Source of the DNA: Verrucomicrobiota bacterium
Lineage (GTDB): Bacteria; Verrucomicrobiota; Verrucomicrobiia; Limisphaerales; Palsa-1400
DNA: 64,000 nt
NCBI GenBank assembly: GCA_049510745.1
Contig: JBEKYR010000003.1
Location: 64,001 to 128,000, forward strand
Direction of reading: 5' to 3'
The position numbers and the translations under genes were made by a program. The notes beneath the pieces were generated by a model. That model did not search any database, was not told the DNA's origin, and saw nothing but the letters and a program-made list of their open reading frames with translations. The number at the start of each line of letters is the position of its first letter. The stretch's first letter is position 1. Shown here in pieces: positions 29,589 through 39,758 of the stretch.

Positions 29589-29960
29589 CTAATTATATGC
29601 GTTCATCCACACGGGCCAGCGGACGGGAGGATCGGAAATCCACCCCGGATTCCAATTCAACGACCACAGCGGCTTTAAGCCGACGGCTCGGACGGACGAA
29701 TCGAGGAAGGCCATATTCTCCGGATTCCTGCCGCCGTGCCGCACCAGGGAAAATTCGCTCAAGCCGCCGTCCTGGACGGGAGTTTGGAGGCCTTGCGCTG
29801 TGGGCGGCGGATCAGTCGGATTGGGAGTGGTTCCATCCCAAATGCCGTCACCAAATACGGGGGTGATATGCAGCGGGCCTGCGATGGACATTTTCAAGCC
29901 GTAGAGACTGCCGTTGAATTCGAAACTGCCCTCCTCCCCCGCGTAACCCCATTGTGCAAT
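29589..29960 (-). pseudogene. 3' fragment of a DUF1559/H-X9-DG type prepilin-like gene
   Basis: TPVFGDGIWDG...RHGG...NMAFLDSSV..V.L..LW...W matches the C-terminus of that family; no N-terminal GFTLIELL segment present. Confidence 0.7.
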
Positions 29961-29961
29961 C

Positions 29962-30408
29962 GGATACCTCGTTACCGAATTCGGCGAATGGGCTCCCGAA
30001 CGCCACCGCTACGGTAAAATCGAACTCGTTCAGTTCACGCCAGACCGCAAACGCCACCTCTTCCAACACCTTCGCGCTCAATTCGAGAACCTCAAACTCC
30101 GCGTCCCCCCAATACGCACCATCCGCGAGGACCTTCACTCCGTCACCCGCACCTGCTCAAAAAAGGGCCAATTTTCTTACGCCGCCGCACAAACGGCAGA
30201 CGGCCATGCCGACCGCTGCACGGCATTGGCCCTTGCGATTAACGCAACCGGTCAAGGCTACATTGCGCCCTACGCCAGCGGAGTAGAACTCGAATTTGCT
30301 GAAAACCAACGTGCCATCAGCGGTTCAGCCTACGAACGGAACCGCGAAGCAATGGACCGCAGAGCCGAACGCAGATGGGGCGTCAAAACCGAACCCAAAT
30401 ACTACTGA
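29962..30408 (+). pseudogene. C-terminal fragment of a Mu-like phage terminase large subunit
   Basis: Manual translation: YLVTEFGEW...GKIELVQFT...IREDLHSVTR...QFSYAAAQTADGHADRCTALALA; in-frame stop at 29944, no ATPase domain. Confidence 0.7.
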
Positions 30409-30673
30409 CCCTTTCGCCAGAGTGCCGCAAAGCTGGCCGGTCAAGGCCCCGGCTCACTTTGCGGCACACTGGCTCACCCCGGAAACCGCAATCAGTCACG
30501 CCGTGGCAAGCTGTTTCGCAGGGCGCTCGTGTCCGCAGCCGTGCAGCACTCGCCACCCTGCAAAACAGCTTGTCACCGCGTGAGCTTTCCGCTACGCTCC
30601 ACACATGGCCGTCAAACCGGCGTGATCTTTGCAAGTTTGCAAACCTCGTTCCGCAAGGTAGGGAAAGGGAGCG

Positions 30674-30727
30674 GATAGCACCTATTCGCCCCTATTCGCG
30701 CCTAATCGCGCCAATAAAAAAATAAAT
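30674..30727. repeat. 10-bp period array ending in an A-tract
   Basis: cctattcgcc cctattcgcg cctaatcgcg ccaataaaaaaataaat. Confidence 0.7.
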
Positions 30728-30967
30728 TTCGCCACTCTCCGGCCCCTTCCAGCCCAGAAACGGATGATCCTCGGTCGTCACATGGCCATCAACGTCATCA
30801 CCTGTCGGGGCGTCACAGCGCGCATCCGTCATACAGGCTTCGTCCCTCAGCTTGGTTAGTCAGCACCGCCCGGTGGAGGGGGATGGGGAAGCACATCTAT
30901 ATCGGGACCGTTCCGCAGCCAAAAAAGGAACCTCGTGCCTCGTGCATAGTGTTGGCTGCTGCACTGT

Positions 30968-32095
30968 TTGGTCATAGCCGGCACCCTGCTCCCCAGCCGT
31001 CTAAGCCGCCCGCTTGCGCCTAACATCAAACGTCGGCCGCAATTCGGTAGCTCACATCGGGTTGCTTGCCGCCTGAGTAAGCAGAGCGGGCGGCTGGTGA
31101 GTCAAAGGAATACGCCGGCGGAGCAGGCCCTGGTAATGCGAGTGGGGCTGCGAACATTTTTGGCCCGATTGCCCGGAACCGATGAGGGCGTTCGGGCGAT
31201 CCCGGTGGGGAGTCAGCTCGAACTGACCGGAACGTATGCGAGCCAGGGCGCGAGCCAGGACGTCGTTTCGTTCGAGTTGCTGCTCGACTCGCCGTCGGAC
31301 ATCGCCGTCCTGGCGCGGCCGCCTTGGTGGACATTGGAAAGGCTCTTAATCATTCTGGGCGCCTTAGCGTGCATCCTGGCGGTGACGGTGCTCTGGATTA
31401 CGCAACTTCGCCGCAAGGTCGAGCAGCGCACCGCCGAACTTGAAATCCAAATCCAGGAACGGCAGCGGGTCGAGCAGCAGCACGCCCTGGAGCAGGAACG
31501 AGCGCGCATCGCCCGGGACCTTCACGACGAATTGGGATCGGGGCTGACTGAAGTGACCATGTTGGTGGCCCGGGCGCGATCGGCCTCCGCGCCGGCGGCC
31601 ACGCGGGGCGGTTATCTTGAGCAGATGGGCGACAAAGCGCGCCAGATGGTGACGGCCCTGGACGAAATCGTCTGGGCCATGAACCCCACGCATGACTCGC
31701 TGGCCTCGATGATCAGCTACTTTTCCCTTTACGCGGAGCGTTTCCTGGGATTGGCGAACATCGCCTGGCGGCTGGAACGCCCCTTCACGCCGGATGACCA
31801 TGCGGTGGACTCGCCGCATCGCCACCAGTTGTTTCTTGCCTTCAAGGAAGCGCTGACCAACATTGTGCGGCACTCGGGAGCCACGGAAGTGAGCATGAAC
31901 ATCCAGCTTGAACAGGGACAGGTCCGCCTGACCATCGCCGACAACGGCCGGGGCTGGGGCGACGGGGGCCAAACGGAAGAAATGGACGGTGTCGCCAATA
32001 TGCGGGCGCGCCTGGAAAAACTGGGGGGACGTTTTGAAGTCGCCAGTAAAACGGGCGAGGGAACGACGGTGCGCTTTGACCTGCCCTTGCGCTGA
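30968..32095 (+). CDS. NarX/UhpB-type sensor histidine kinase, probably 5'-truncated
   Basis: ERARIARDLHDELGSGLT, KEALTNIVRHS, DNGRG; first ~50 codons look non-coding and the sensor region is only partial. Confidence 0.75.
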   Translation: MVIAGTLLPSRLSRPLAPNIKRRPQFGSSHRVACRLSKQSGRLVSQRNTPAEQALVMRVGLRTFLARLPGTDEGVRAIPVGSQLELTGTYASQGASQDVVSFELLLDSPSDIAVLARPPWWTLERLLIILGALACILAVTVLWITQLRRKVEQRTAELEIQIQERQRVEQQHALEQERARIARDLHDELGSGLTEVTMLVARARSASAPAATRGGYLEQMGDKARQMVTALDEIVWAMNPTHDSLASMISYFSLYAERFLGLANIAWRLERPFTPDDHAVDSPHRHQLFLAFKEALTNIVRHSGATEVSMNIQLEQGQVRLTIADNGRGWGDGGQTEEMDGVANMRARLEKLGGRFEVASKTGEGTTVRFDLPLR

Positions 32096-32101
32096 GAGGT
32101 T

Positions 32102-32734
32102 ATGACCCGCATCGCCATCGTCGAGGACAACAAAGTCATCCGTGAAAGCCTCATGGAATTTGTCAAGGCGGATGCGGAATGCGAATGCGTGTATGCGTGC
32201 GCGACGGCCGAGGAAGCCCTCAAAGAGATGCCAAAGCACGAGCCGGACATCGTGCTGATGGACATTCAATTGCCTGATATTTCAGGCATCGATTGCACGG
32301 CCCGGCTGAAACAATTGCTGCCCGCCGTCCAGATCATCATCGTCACTGTTTATGAAGACACCGAACGCATTTTCAAGGCCTTGCGCGCCGGGGCCTGCGG
32401 CTACATTTTGAAACGGTCCGCCCCCGAAGAACTCATTTCCGCCATCCACGAGGTGCGGCAGGGGGGCGCGCCCATGTCGCGGGAAATTGCCCGCAAGGTG
32501 ATTGTTTCCTTCCAGGAACCGGTGACCGCCGCCGCGGAGGTGGAGGGTCTTTCCCAGCGTGAAAACGAAATCCTCGAATTGGTGGCGGCTGGGCTTCCCA
32601 ACAAGCTGATCGCCGCCCGGCTTGGCCTGACCGACGGCACCGTGCGCTGGCATCTCCGGCACGTCTATCACAAACTCCATGTGCGCTCACGAACCCAGGC
32701 CACGCGCAAGTTCCTCGGAGCCAAGGCCGAATAG
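32102..32734 (+). CDS. NarL/LuxR-family response regulator
   Basis: IAIVEDN, DIVLMDI, GACGYILK, LSQRENEIL...IAARL. Confidence 0.93.
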   Translation: MTRIAIVEDNKVIRESLMEFVKADAECECVYACATAEEALKEMPKHEPDIVLMDIQLPDISGIDCTARLKQLLPAVQIIIVTVYEDTERIFKALRAGACGYILKRSAPEELISAIHEVRQGGAPMSREIARKVIVSFQEPVTAAAEVEGLSQRENEILELVAAGLPNKLIAARLGLTDGTVRWHLRHVYHKLHVRSRTQATRKFLGAKAE

Positions 32735-32737
32735 CGT

Positions 32738-34045
32738 ATGCGGTTAAAACTTGGAGTTCTATTGGCGATGGCTTCCGTGTTTCCGGCCGTGACGGCCTCG
32801 GCGGACGGCAGTTTCCTGGCCGGGGCGGACTTTTCCCTCCTGGCGTTCTTCGAATCCCGCGGCGTCACGTATAAAGATGGCGGACAGGTTCAGGACGGGA
32901 TCCACATTCTCAAGGACCACGGCCTCAATTGCGTGCGGCTGCGGCTTTTCACCAGCAGCGCCGCCCAGGCCAAGGCGGACCCATACGATTACATCAACAA
33001 TGCCGCTTACACGGTGCCGCTGGCGGTGCGGGTCAAGAATGCCGGCTTGCGCTTCTCCCTGGATTTCCATTACTCCGACACTTGGGCCGACCCCGGTCAT
33101 CAAGCCACGCCCGCCGCCTGGACAAACCTTGACTTTGTCCAGCTTGTGCAACAGATGCGCGCTTACAACAGCAATACCATCGCGGCCTTCGCCGCCGCGG
33201 GAGCGATGCCCGATTATGTGCAGGTTGGAAATGAAATCAGCTCCGGCATGTTATGGCCCCTGGGAGAACTTTCGACCAACAGCGCGTCCTGGTCGCAGCT
33301 CGGCCAGTTAATGAAAGCGGCCATCCAGGGAATCCAGGACGCGGCGGGGGCGCGCATGCCTCAAATCATTGTTCATATTGACCGGGGCGGAGATTGGGCC
33401 GGCACCATGTGGTTTTTTGACAATCTGAACGCGCAATCCGTTCCTTTCGACATCATCGGCGAGAGTTATTATCCCTTTTTCCAGGGATCACCGGAAAGTC
33501 TGAGCAACTGCCTCAACAACGCGGCCGCCCGCTATGGCAAACCCATCATCGTGGCTGAGGACGGTTTTCCCTGGACCAACACCTGTCCGTCCGCCTGGAC
33601 GAACAGTCTTTACGGCTTCCCCCCCACCCCCGCCGGCCAGGTCAGCTTCATCGCGGCCCTGGCCCGGATCGTGAAAGGTGTGCCCAACCAACTCGGGGCC
33701 GGCTTTTTCTATTGGGGAGCCGAGTTTCAAGCGGTCAGCGACGTCAACGAGGCCGGTTACAATACGGCGTCGTTTTTTGACGCCAATGGCAATGTGCTGC
33801 CGGTGGCCGACGCGGTCGGCGGGATGGGCGCCCCTCTTTTGCTCAGCCCCTCCCTCGATGGCTCATCTCTGTGCCTGCAATGGCCGTTCAGCGGGGCGGC
33901 CTCGAAGTTGATGACCTCGACCAATCTGGCGCCGTCGGCGGTGTGGTCGTTTGTGACCGATTCGATTTATTCGACAGGAACGGTGTTTGCTGTCACCCTG
34001 CCGATCGGCAGCAATGTTTGTTTTTACCGGCTGCAATCGGACTGA
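32738..34045 (+). CDS. GH53 endo-beta-1,4-galactanase
   Basis: GADFS, VRLRLF, LDFHYSDTWADPGHQ.TP.AW, VQVGNEI, IGESYYP; extra C-terminal FYRL domain. Confidence 0.92.
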   Translation: MRLKLGVLLAMASVFPAVTASADGSFLAGADFSLLAFFESRGVTYKDGGQVQDGIHILKDHGLNCVRLRLFTSSAAQAKADPYDYINNAAYTVPLAVRVKNAGLRFSLDFHYSDTWADPGHQATPAAWTNLDFVQLVQQMRAYNSNTIAAFAAAGAMPDYVQVGNEISSGMLWPLGELSTNSASWSQLGQLMKAAIQGIQDAAGARMPQIIVHIDRGGDWAGTMWFFDNLNAQSVPFDIIGESYYPFFQGSPESLSNCLNNAAARYGKPIIVAEDGFPWTNTCPSAWTNSLYGFPPTPAGQVSFIAALARIVKGVPNQLGAGFFYWGAEFQAVSDVNEAGYNTASFFDANGNVLPVADAVGGMGAPLLLSPSLDGSSLCLQWPFSGAASKLMTSTNLAPSAVWSFVTDSIYSTGTVFAVTLPIGSNVCFYRLQSD

Positions 34046-34097
34046 TCGTTGGGAGACCGGCCAATTCTCCCGGCAAAAGAAATTTTAAAATGGAAAA

Positions 34098-36314
34098 ATG
34101 AACCCCCTCGAGATTCACTGGACCTCTATTCGCGCGTGGTTTCTCGCGGCCATCGCTTTGTTTCTCGCCGCGGGTTGCGCGAGCCACACCAAGGCCAAAG
34201 CCGCCGCTCCCGCAAGGAGCGATGCGGGCGCGCAAATGGACCAGGCCAAAACGCAGGCCGTTGCTCCCATGGCGGTGTTTGGAACGCCAGGAATCCAACT
34301 CCAGCCTTTCACGATGAATCACCGCCAGGGCGCGGACTCGGTCATCAATCTGTCCTTTTTGTTGGAGGCGCCCGCCGGCAGGGACGGCTTCATTCGCGTT
34401 CAAGGCAGCCACCTGATCAAACCCGACGGCCGCCCCATCCGCTTCTGGGGATTCAATCTGACGGAGTGGAGCCGGGGTTCGGTCGAAATCCCGCCGAAAG
34501 AGGATGCGCCGATGTGGGCGGCCACGCTGGCGCGCTTTGGCGTCAATCTTGTCCGGCTCCATTTCCTCGATCTTGCCGCGCCCCGCGGGATGATTGACGC
34601 GACGCGCGACGACACCCAACATTTCGATCTGGCCCAACTCGACAAGGAGGATTTTTTCATTTCGGAACTGTTAAAGCGGGGCATCTACGTTGATTTGAAC
34701 CTCAACGTCGGACGGGGCGCCAAGGCCGGCGACAATGTCCTGGTCGTCCAGAACCGCATCGCCAAGGGGCCTTTATTGTTTGACAAGCGCCTGATTGAAC
34801 TGGAGAAAGATTACGCCCGCCAGCTTCTCACCCACACCAACCCCTACACGAAGAGAGCTTACGCGGATGAGCCGGGGGTGGCGATGGTTGAGATTGTGAA
34901 CGAGGACGCCATCTACCCCGGTTGGAGCGCGAACAACGCCTACGACCAGGAACTGACCGACCTTTACAACGCCTGGCTGCAAAAGAACCTCGGCCCCGAA
35001 AAGTTGGGCAAACTTCGCGAACTGGCCGGGGCCGCCGATGATCAGCCGGTCCCGCGCCTCAAGGGTGCGGCGATACGAAACGCCCCGAAAGAACGATATT
35101 ATACCGAGTGCGAATTCTTCGGCGAGCTGGAGTCGGGATTTTTTCTCGGAATGCGGTCCTATTTGAAAGACACGTTGAAAGTGAAATGCCCGGTCATTGC
35201 CACCGCGGACCACTCCCACTCGGGATCCGGTTACCCGTTGGTGGCGGATACGTCGCGGTTGGATATCGTCGATGGCCACACCTACTGGCAGCACCCGGGC
35301 GAGAGGGATTTCAAAAACGCTCCGATGGTCAATGATCCGTTCAACTCGACCGTCGTGGAACTTTCACGCACGGCGGTGGCCGGGAAACCTTACACGGTCA
35401 GCGAGGTGAACCATCCGTTCCCCAATCAGTTCGCCAGCGAAGGGATTCCGATCCTGGCCGCCTACGCCGGTTTTTTGGATTGGAGCGCTGTGGTGTGGTA
35501 CACGTTCGAGCCGAAGCGCGATCCCACCTGGAGTCCGTTCATCGGCGATCCCTTCGACATGTCGCTGGATCCAATCAAAATGCCGCAAATGGCGGCGGGC
35601 GCATTGATGTTCATTCGCGGCGACCTCGAACCGGCGAAACAAACCATCGAACGTTCCTATTCGCGCGAGCAGGTCCTGGACAGCCGGCTCCTCCCAGCCA
35701 CGGAACGGCCTTATTTCACGCCGGGATTTCCGCTCGCGACGCCGTTGCTGCATGGGTCGCGCATTGGCTCGCTTGCCGGTGAACCGACCGCCGCCCTCAG
35801 GGCCGGCGCTTCCAGCCCGTTCCGGAGCGATACCGGGCAACTGGTTTGGCGCACGAACTCCGAGCAAGGAGGCCTGGTAACCATTGACAGCCCGCGCTCG
35901 CAAGGTCTGGTCGGGTTTGTCAAAGCGAATCACCGGCGCGTGTCAAATCTGGCTGCCGATGTCACAAACGACTTCTGTGCCATTGTCGTCAATTCCCTCG
36001 AACCCACACCCATTTCCCGCGCGCGCCGAATGCTCCTGACGGCGTGTGCGCGCGTTGAAAACACCGGCCTGCAGTGGGACGCCCGACAGGCCCATCTGAC
36101 CGAGCAAGGGCGCTCACCCACTGTGATCGAGCCTGTGACCGGCACGATCACCCTTCGGAACCTGGAGCACGCCGTGAAGGTTACGGCCGAAGCCCTGGAC
36201 GGCTCCGGCCGGCCCATCGGCGCTCCCATTATTGCCAGGAAGACCGCGGCGGGCTGGAAGATTCCCGTGGGCAAGCCCGCGACCACCTGGTACGAAGTCA
36301 GCGTGGAAAGATGA
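34098..36314 (+). CDS. Putative clan GH-A (GH5-like) glycoside hydrolase lipoprotein
   Basis: Lipobox LAAGC; RFWGFNL, VNLVRLH, EIVNED, TVSEVNH. Confidence 0.65.
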   Translation: MNPLEIHWTSIRAWFLAAIALFLAAGCASHTKAKAAAPARSDAGAQMDQAKTQAVAPMAVFGTPGIQLQPFTMNHRQGADSVINLSFLLEAPAGRDGFIRVQGSHLIKPDGRPIRFWGFNLTEWSRGSVEIPPKEDAPMWAATLARFGVNLVRLHFLDLAAPRGMIDATRDDTQHFDLAQLDKEDFFISELLKRGIYVDLNLNVGRGAKAGDNVLVVQNRIAKGPLLFDKRLIELEKDYARQLLTHTNPYTKRAYADEPGVAMVEIVNEDAIYPGWSANNAYDQELTDLYNAWLQKNLGPEKLGKLRELAGAADDQPVPRLKGAAIRNAPKERYYTECEFFGELESGFFLGMRSYLKDTLKVKCPVIATADHSHSGSGYPLVADTSRLDIVDGHTYWQHPGERDFKNAPMVNDPFNSTVVELSRTAVAGKPYTVSEVNHPFPNQFASEGIPILAAYAGFLDWSAVVWYTFEPKRDPTWSPFIGDPFDMSLDPIKMPQMAAGALMFIRGDLEPAKQTIERSYSREQVLDSRLLPATERPYFTPGFPLATPLLHGSRIGSLAGEPTAALRAGASSPFRSDTGQLVWRTNSEQGGLVTIDSPRSQGLVGFVKANHRRVSNLAADVTNDFCAIVVNSLEPTPISRARRMLLTACARVENTGLQWDARQAHLTEQGRSPTVIEPVTGTITLRNLEHAVKVTAEALDGSGRPIGAPIIARKTAAGWKIPVGKPATTWYEVSVER

Positions 36315-36407
36315 GCGGCAAAACGCTCCGCGCCGGGAGCGCGGCGGACTGATCCTCCGCAGAACTCACACGGACCGCCGCGGAGTTGGACAAACAAAGG
36401 ACGCGGC

Positions 36408-36430
36408 GGTAATAATTGGGTAACAATCGG
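36408..36430 (+). promoter_or_regulatory. 11-bp direct repeat, candidate OmpR/PhoB-family binding site
   Basis: GGTAATAATTG GGTAACAATCG just upstream of an operon encoding an OmpR-type regulator. Confidence 0.55.
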
Positions 36431-36447
36431 GCCGCAGGTTTGTGCGC

Positions 36448-37908
36448 ATGAAAATAAAATATTCATTCCGGCCAGGGCGGGCAGCCAAAACGTTGCTCGC
36501 GCTTTCCTTCACCGCAACCCTGCTCGCCACCGCCCCGGCGGCGCGGGCGGATTCACCTTCCGATCTTCTCGAACAGGGAATCTATTCGGAACAGACCAAA
36601 GGCGACCTCGACGGCGCCATGCAGTTGTATCAAAAAGTCATCGCCCAGGCCAAATCGAACCAGGCCCTGGCCGCCCAGGCCCAGTATCATCTGGGCGCTT
36701 GCTATTACAAAAAGCAGGATTTCACCAACGCCAACGCGGCCTTTGAATCCGTGATTAAAGATTATCCCGGCGAAACAAACATCGTCGCCCTGGCCCGCAA
36801 GTATCTCGCCTCCGCCACCGCGCTCCAGCCGGTTCCCTGGGTGGATGACGAGGACATGCGGCTGGATCTCAGACTGGCGGGCGGGTTGAAGGTCGGCTCG
36901 GCCGATTACAGCGTCCGCGCCGGCGAGACCAACGGCCAAAAAACCTGGCGCTTTAGCTCGCGCGTCGAGGCCGCCGGCAGCCAGTCCGTCAGCCATGTCG
37001 AAGCCGAAGCCGGCACGCTCAAACCGCTGCACAGCGTTTGGAAGCACTCCTTGCTCGGGGAAGTCGAGACCGTCTATTACCCGGACCACGCCGACTTGAC
37101 GACGGCCGGCAAAGCAGAGACCAAGAAGCTGGAGTTCGATGGCACGGTTCTTGACAACGAAGAGGTGGTGCAATGGATGCGCTGCCTGCCGCTGGCGGAC
37201 GGATACAAGACCAGCCAGCAGATTCTGACCGGTCTGGGTTGCCAAATGGTCCCGCTGAAATTCGAGGTCAGCGGCCCGGAGCAGGTCCAGGTCCCCGCGG
37301 GGACCAACGATTGTTACAAGGTCGAGTTGAACATTGGCCAGACCTTCTGGTATTCGAGCGATGCCAAACATTATCTGGTCAAATTTGAAGGTGGCGGCGT
37401 CATCGGCGAATTGACCGGCGTCACGCAGCGGGCGCCCGGCGAAAAGGCCGCCTACAGCGATTCCACGTTCGGCTTTTCCCTGACCGCACCCGCCGGCTGG
37501 TCGTTTGACAAGGAGGAGATCGACAAGACAAACAAGACCGGTGTCACTATTCTCGATCCCCAAGGCCTGGCGGCGAGCGATTTGGCCGTGCAAACGATGA
37601 GCACGCTCAAGGCTGACGAGACGAACTCACTGCGCACGTTTGCCAATGCCAGGCTGGCGGAGGACGCCAAGATTTTGAAAGACTTCAAGGTGCGCTCCGA
37701 TAGCTGGCAGGACCGGACGGTTGCCGGGCAACCGGCGGTCGGCGTCGTGAGCGATTACATGGTTGGAAAGGCGAAGAAGGTGCTTTACCATGTTTGGAGT
37801 TTTGGTCCCACCAATGCCGCCTGCTTCTACACTCACGTCGCGGCCTCGGATTTTGACGGCTTCCGTCCGAAATTCGACGCGGTGGTTAATTCCTTTCAAA
37901 CCCCGTGA
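36448..37908 (+). CDS. Secreted protein with N-terminal TPR and DUF3108-like domain
   Basis: Signal peptide; LLEQGIYSEQTKGDLDGAMQLY...AQAQYHLG; EQVQVPAGTNDCYKV motif. Confidence 0.7.
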   Translation: MKIKYSFRPGRAAKTLLALSFTATLLATAPAARADSPSDLLEQGIYSEQTKGDLDGAMQLYQKVIAQAKSNQALAAQAQYHLGACYYKKQDFTNANAAFESVIKDYPGETNIVALARKYLASATALQPVPWVDDEDMRLDLRLAGGLKVGSADYSVRAGETNGQKTWRFSSRVEAAGSQSVSHVEAEAGTLKPLHSVWKHSLLGEVETVYYPDHADLTTAGKAETKKLEFDGTVLDNEEVVQWMRCLPLADGYKTSQQILTGLGCQMVPLKFEVSGPEQVQVPAGTNDCYKVELNIGQTFWYSSDAKHYLVKFEGGGVIGELTGVTQRAPGEKAAYSDSTFGFSLTAPAGWSFDKEEIDKTNKTGVTILDPQGLAASDLAVQTMSTLKADETNSLRTFANARLAEDAKILKDFKVRSDSWQDRTVAGQPAVGVVSDYMVGKAKKVLYHVWSFGPTNAACFYTHVAASDFDGFRPKFDAVVNSFQTP

Positions 37909-39758
37909 GAGCGGTTTTGCGCCATCTCTCCGTCAGCGCCAGCCGGCCCGCCAGTGGCTGGCTGACGCTGCTGTTGTTGCTGGCGGTGCTGGTGCCCTCC
38001 GCGTGCCTGCTCTGGTTTATGAACCAGGCCGTGCGCAACGAGCGCCTGGCCCTGCGCCAGCAATTGATGGACGCCTACCGCGACAATCTGGCGCTGGCGC
38101 GCAACCGCCTGGACTCTTACTGGAACAACGCCGCGCGCGCCTTCGACACGAATACTCTGCCCGCTCCCGCCCTGTTTGCCGCTGCCGTCCGCGCGGATGT
38201 GGCGGACGCTGTCATCTGTTTGGATTCCGCCGGCAAGGTGGTTTATCCCGACGCCGGCCGCCCCCTGGAACGGGAGGAAGAGGGGCCGCTGACCGAGTCA
38301 AAAGACCCGGCCGCCGCGGCGCAGCTTTTTGCCGGGAGGGCCGCCGACGCCACCAACGCAACCCTGGCCGCGCGCGCGCTGCAAGCCGAAGTCCGGTGCC
38401 TCCTGCAAGCGGGCAAAAAGGAAGAGGCGATCGCGGTCGTGACCAATTCACTGGCCGCGCCGCGGTTCGCGCAAGCAGCCGATGCGGACGGGAGATGGAT
38501 TGTTCCCAACACGGAGTTGATGGCGCTGGAAGCCGCCGGCGAATCGCGCCCGTTGCTGGAGCTATTGCGCGCCCAACTGCTCGATTACGACCGCCCGATG
38601 CCCGCGCCGCAACGGCGTTTCCTCATGCGCCGGACGCAACAACTGTTTCCGCGGCAGCCGGCCTTTCCGACCCTCGCCGCCGAAGAATTGGCGGCGGCTT
38701 ACCTGGAGGAGAGGCCGACGAATCTCTGGCAGATTGCCGCCGGCAACGGGCGTGTGCTCCTGCTGTTCAGGACGGACAGCCTGCCCCGGCGGCTGCGCGG
38801 CGCCATTGGACCGGACACGGCGTTGCTTTCCCCCGGCAAGGAGACCGGCAATTATCTGGTGGCCGATTCCGCCGGGACGAATCTGCCGGGATGGCGCCTG
38901 GCGCTGGCCTTGAACGACCGGCGGTTCGACGCGGCGGCGGAGGCGCAAATTGCAGCCTACTTCTGGGTGGGCATCCTGGTGCTGGCGGCGGTGGCCGTCC
39001 TGGCCGTCATTGCCGTGCGGTTGATTCGGCGGCAGGTGCAGGCCGCCCAACTCAGGAACGATCTGGTAGCCAACGTCACCCACGAACTCAAGACGCCGCT
39101 CTCCGCCATGCGCCTGCTGGTGGACACCTTGCTCAACGCCCCTGTTCTCCACGAACCCACCGCCCGCCAGTACCTTCAATTGATCGCCGCGGAAAACCTG
39201 CGCCTCAGCCGGCTGATCGACAATTTCCTGGCCTTCTCGCGCATGGAACGGAACAAGCGCGCCTTCGATTTCGCCCCGACCCCGCCAAAAGAGATTGTTG
39301 ACAGCGCCGCCGCCGCCGTCCGCGAACGGTTCCAGCCGCCCGAATGCCGTTTCGACGCGCGGGCCGCGCCCGATTTGCCGCCCATCTCCGCCGATGCCGG
39401 CGCCCTGGTCACCGCGCTGCTCAACCTTCTGGACAACGCCTACAAATACTCGGGCGACCGGAAGGAAATCACGCTGCGCGCCGAGGCCGGCAATGGCAGC
39501 GTCACCTTTGCGGTCAGCGACAACGGCATCGGTTTGGCCCCGCGCGAAACCAAACGGATTTTCAAGCGGTTTTACCAAGTGGACCGGCGCCTGGCGCGGA
39601 CAGGCGGCGGCTGCGGATTGGGTTTGAGCATTGTGCAGTTCATTGTCACGGCCCACCAGGGCACGGTGCGGGTGGAGAGCGAGCCGGGCCGCGGCAGCAC
39701 CTTTACCATCAGCATTCCGGCGGCCCGCGAGGCCGCCGCCACGGAAGGGGGCCGATGA
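37905..39758 (+). CDS. Sensor histidine kinase (HisKA/HATPase)
   Basis: Two TM helices, VTHELKTPL, NLLDNAYKY, DNGIG, GCGLGL. Confidence 0.92.
   Translation: MRAVLRHLSVSASRPASGWLTLLLLLAVLVPSACLLWFMNQAVRNERLALRQQLMDAYRDNLALARNRLDSYWNNAARAFDTNTLPAPALFAAAVRADVADAVICLDSAGKVVYPDAGRPLEREEEGPLTESKDPAAAAQLFAGRAADATNATLAARALQAEVRCLLQAGKKEEAIAVVTNSLAAPRFAQAADADGRWIVPNTELMALEAAGESRPLLELLRAQLLDYDRPMPAPQRRFLMRRTQQLFPRQPAFPTLAAEELAAAYLEERPTNLWQIAAGNGRVLLLFRTDSLPRRLRGAIGPDTALLSPGKETGNYLVADSAGTNLPGWRLALALNDRRFDAAAEAQIAAYFWVGILVLAAVAVLAVIAVRLIRRQVQAAQLRNDLVANVTHELKTPLSAMRLLVDTLLNAPVLHEPTARQYLQLIAAENLRLSRLIDNFLAFSRMERNKRAFDFAPTPPKEIVDSAAAAVRERFQPPECRFDARAAPDLPPISADAGALVTALLNLLDNAYKYSGDRKEITLRAEAGNGSVTFAVSDNGIGLAPRETKRIFKRFYQVDRRLARTGGGCGLGLSIVQFIVTAHQGTVRVESEPGRGSTFTISIPAAREAAATEGGR

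Noticed and set aside
29962..30730. Intact prophage
   Set aside because: Only a terminase fragment; no portal, capsid, integrase or att sites seen
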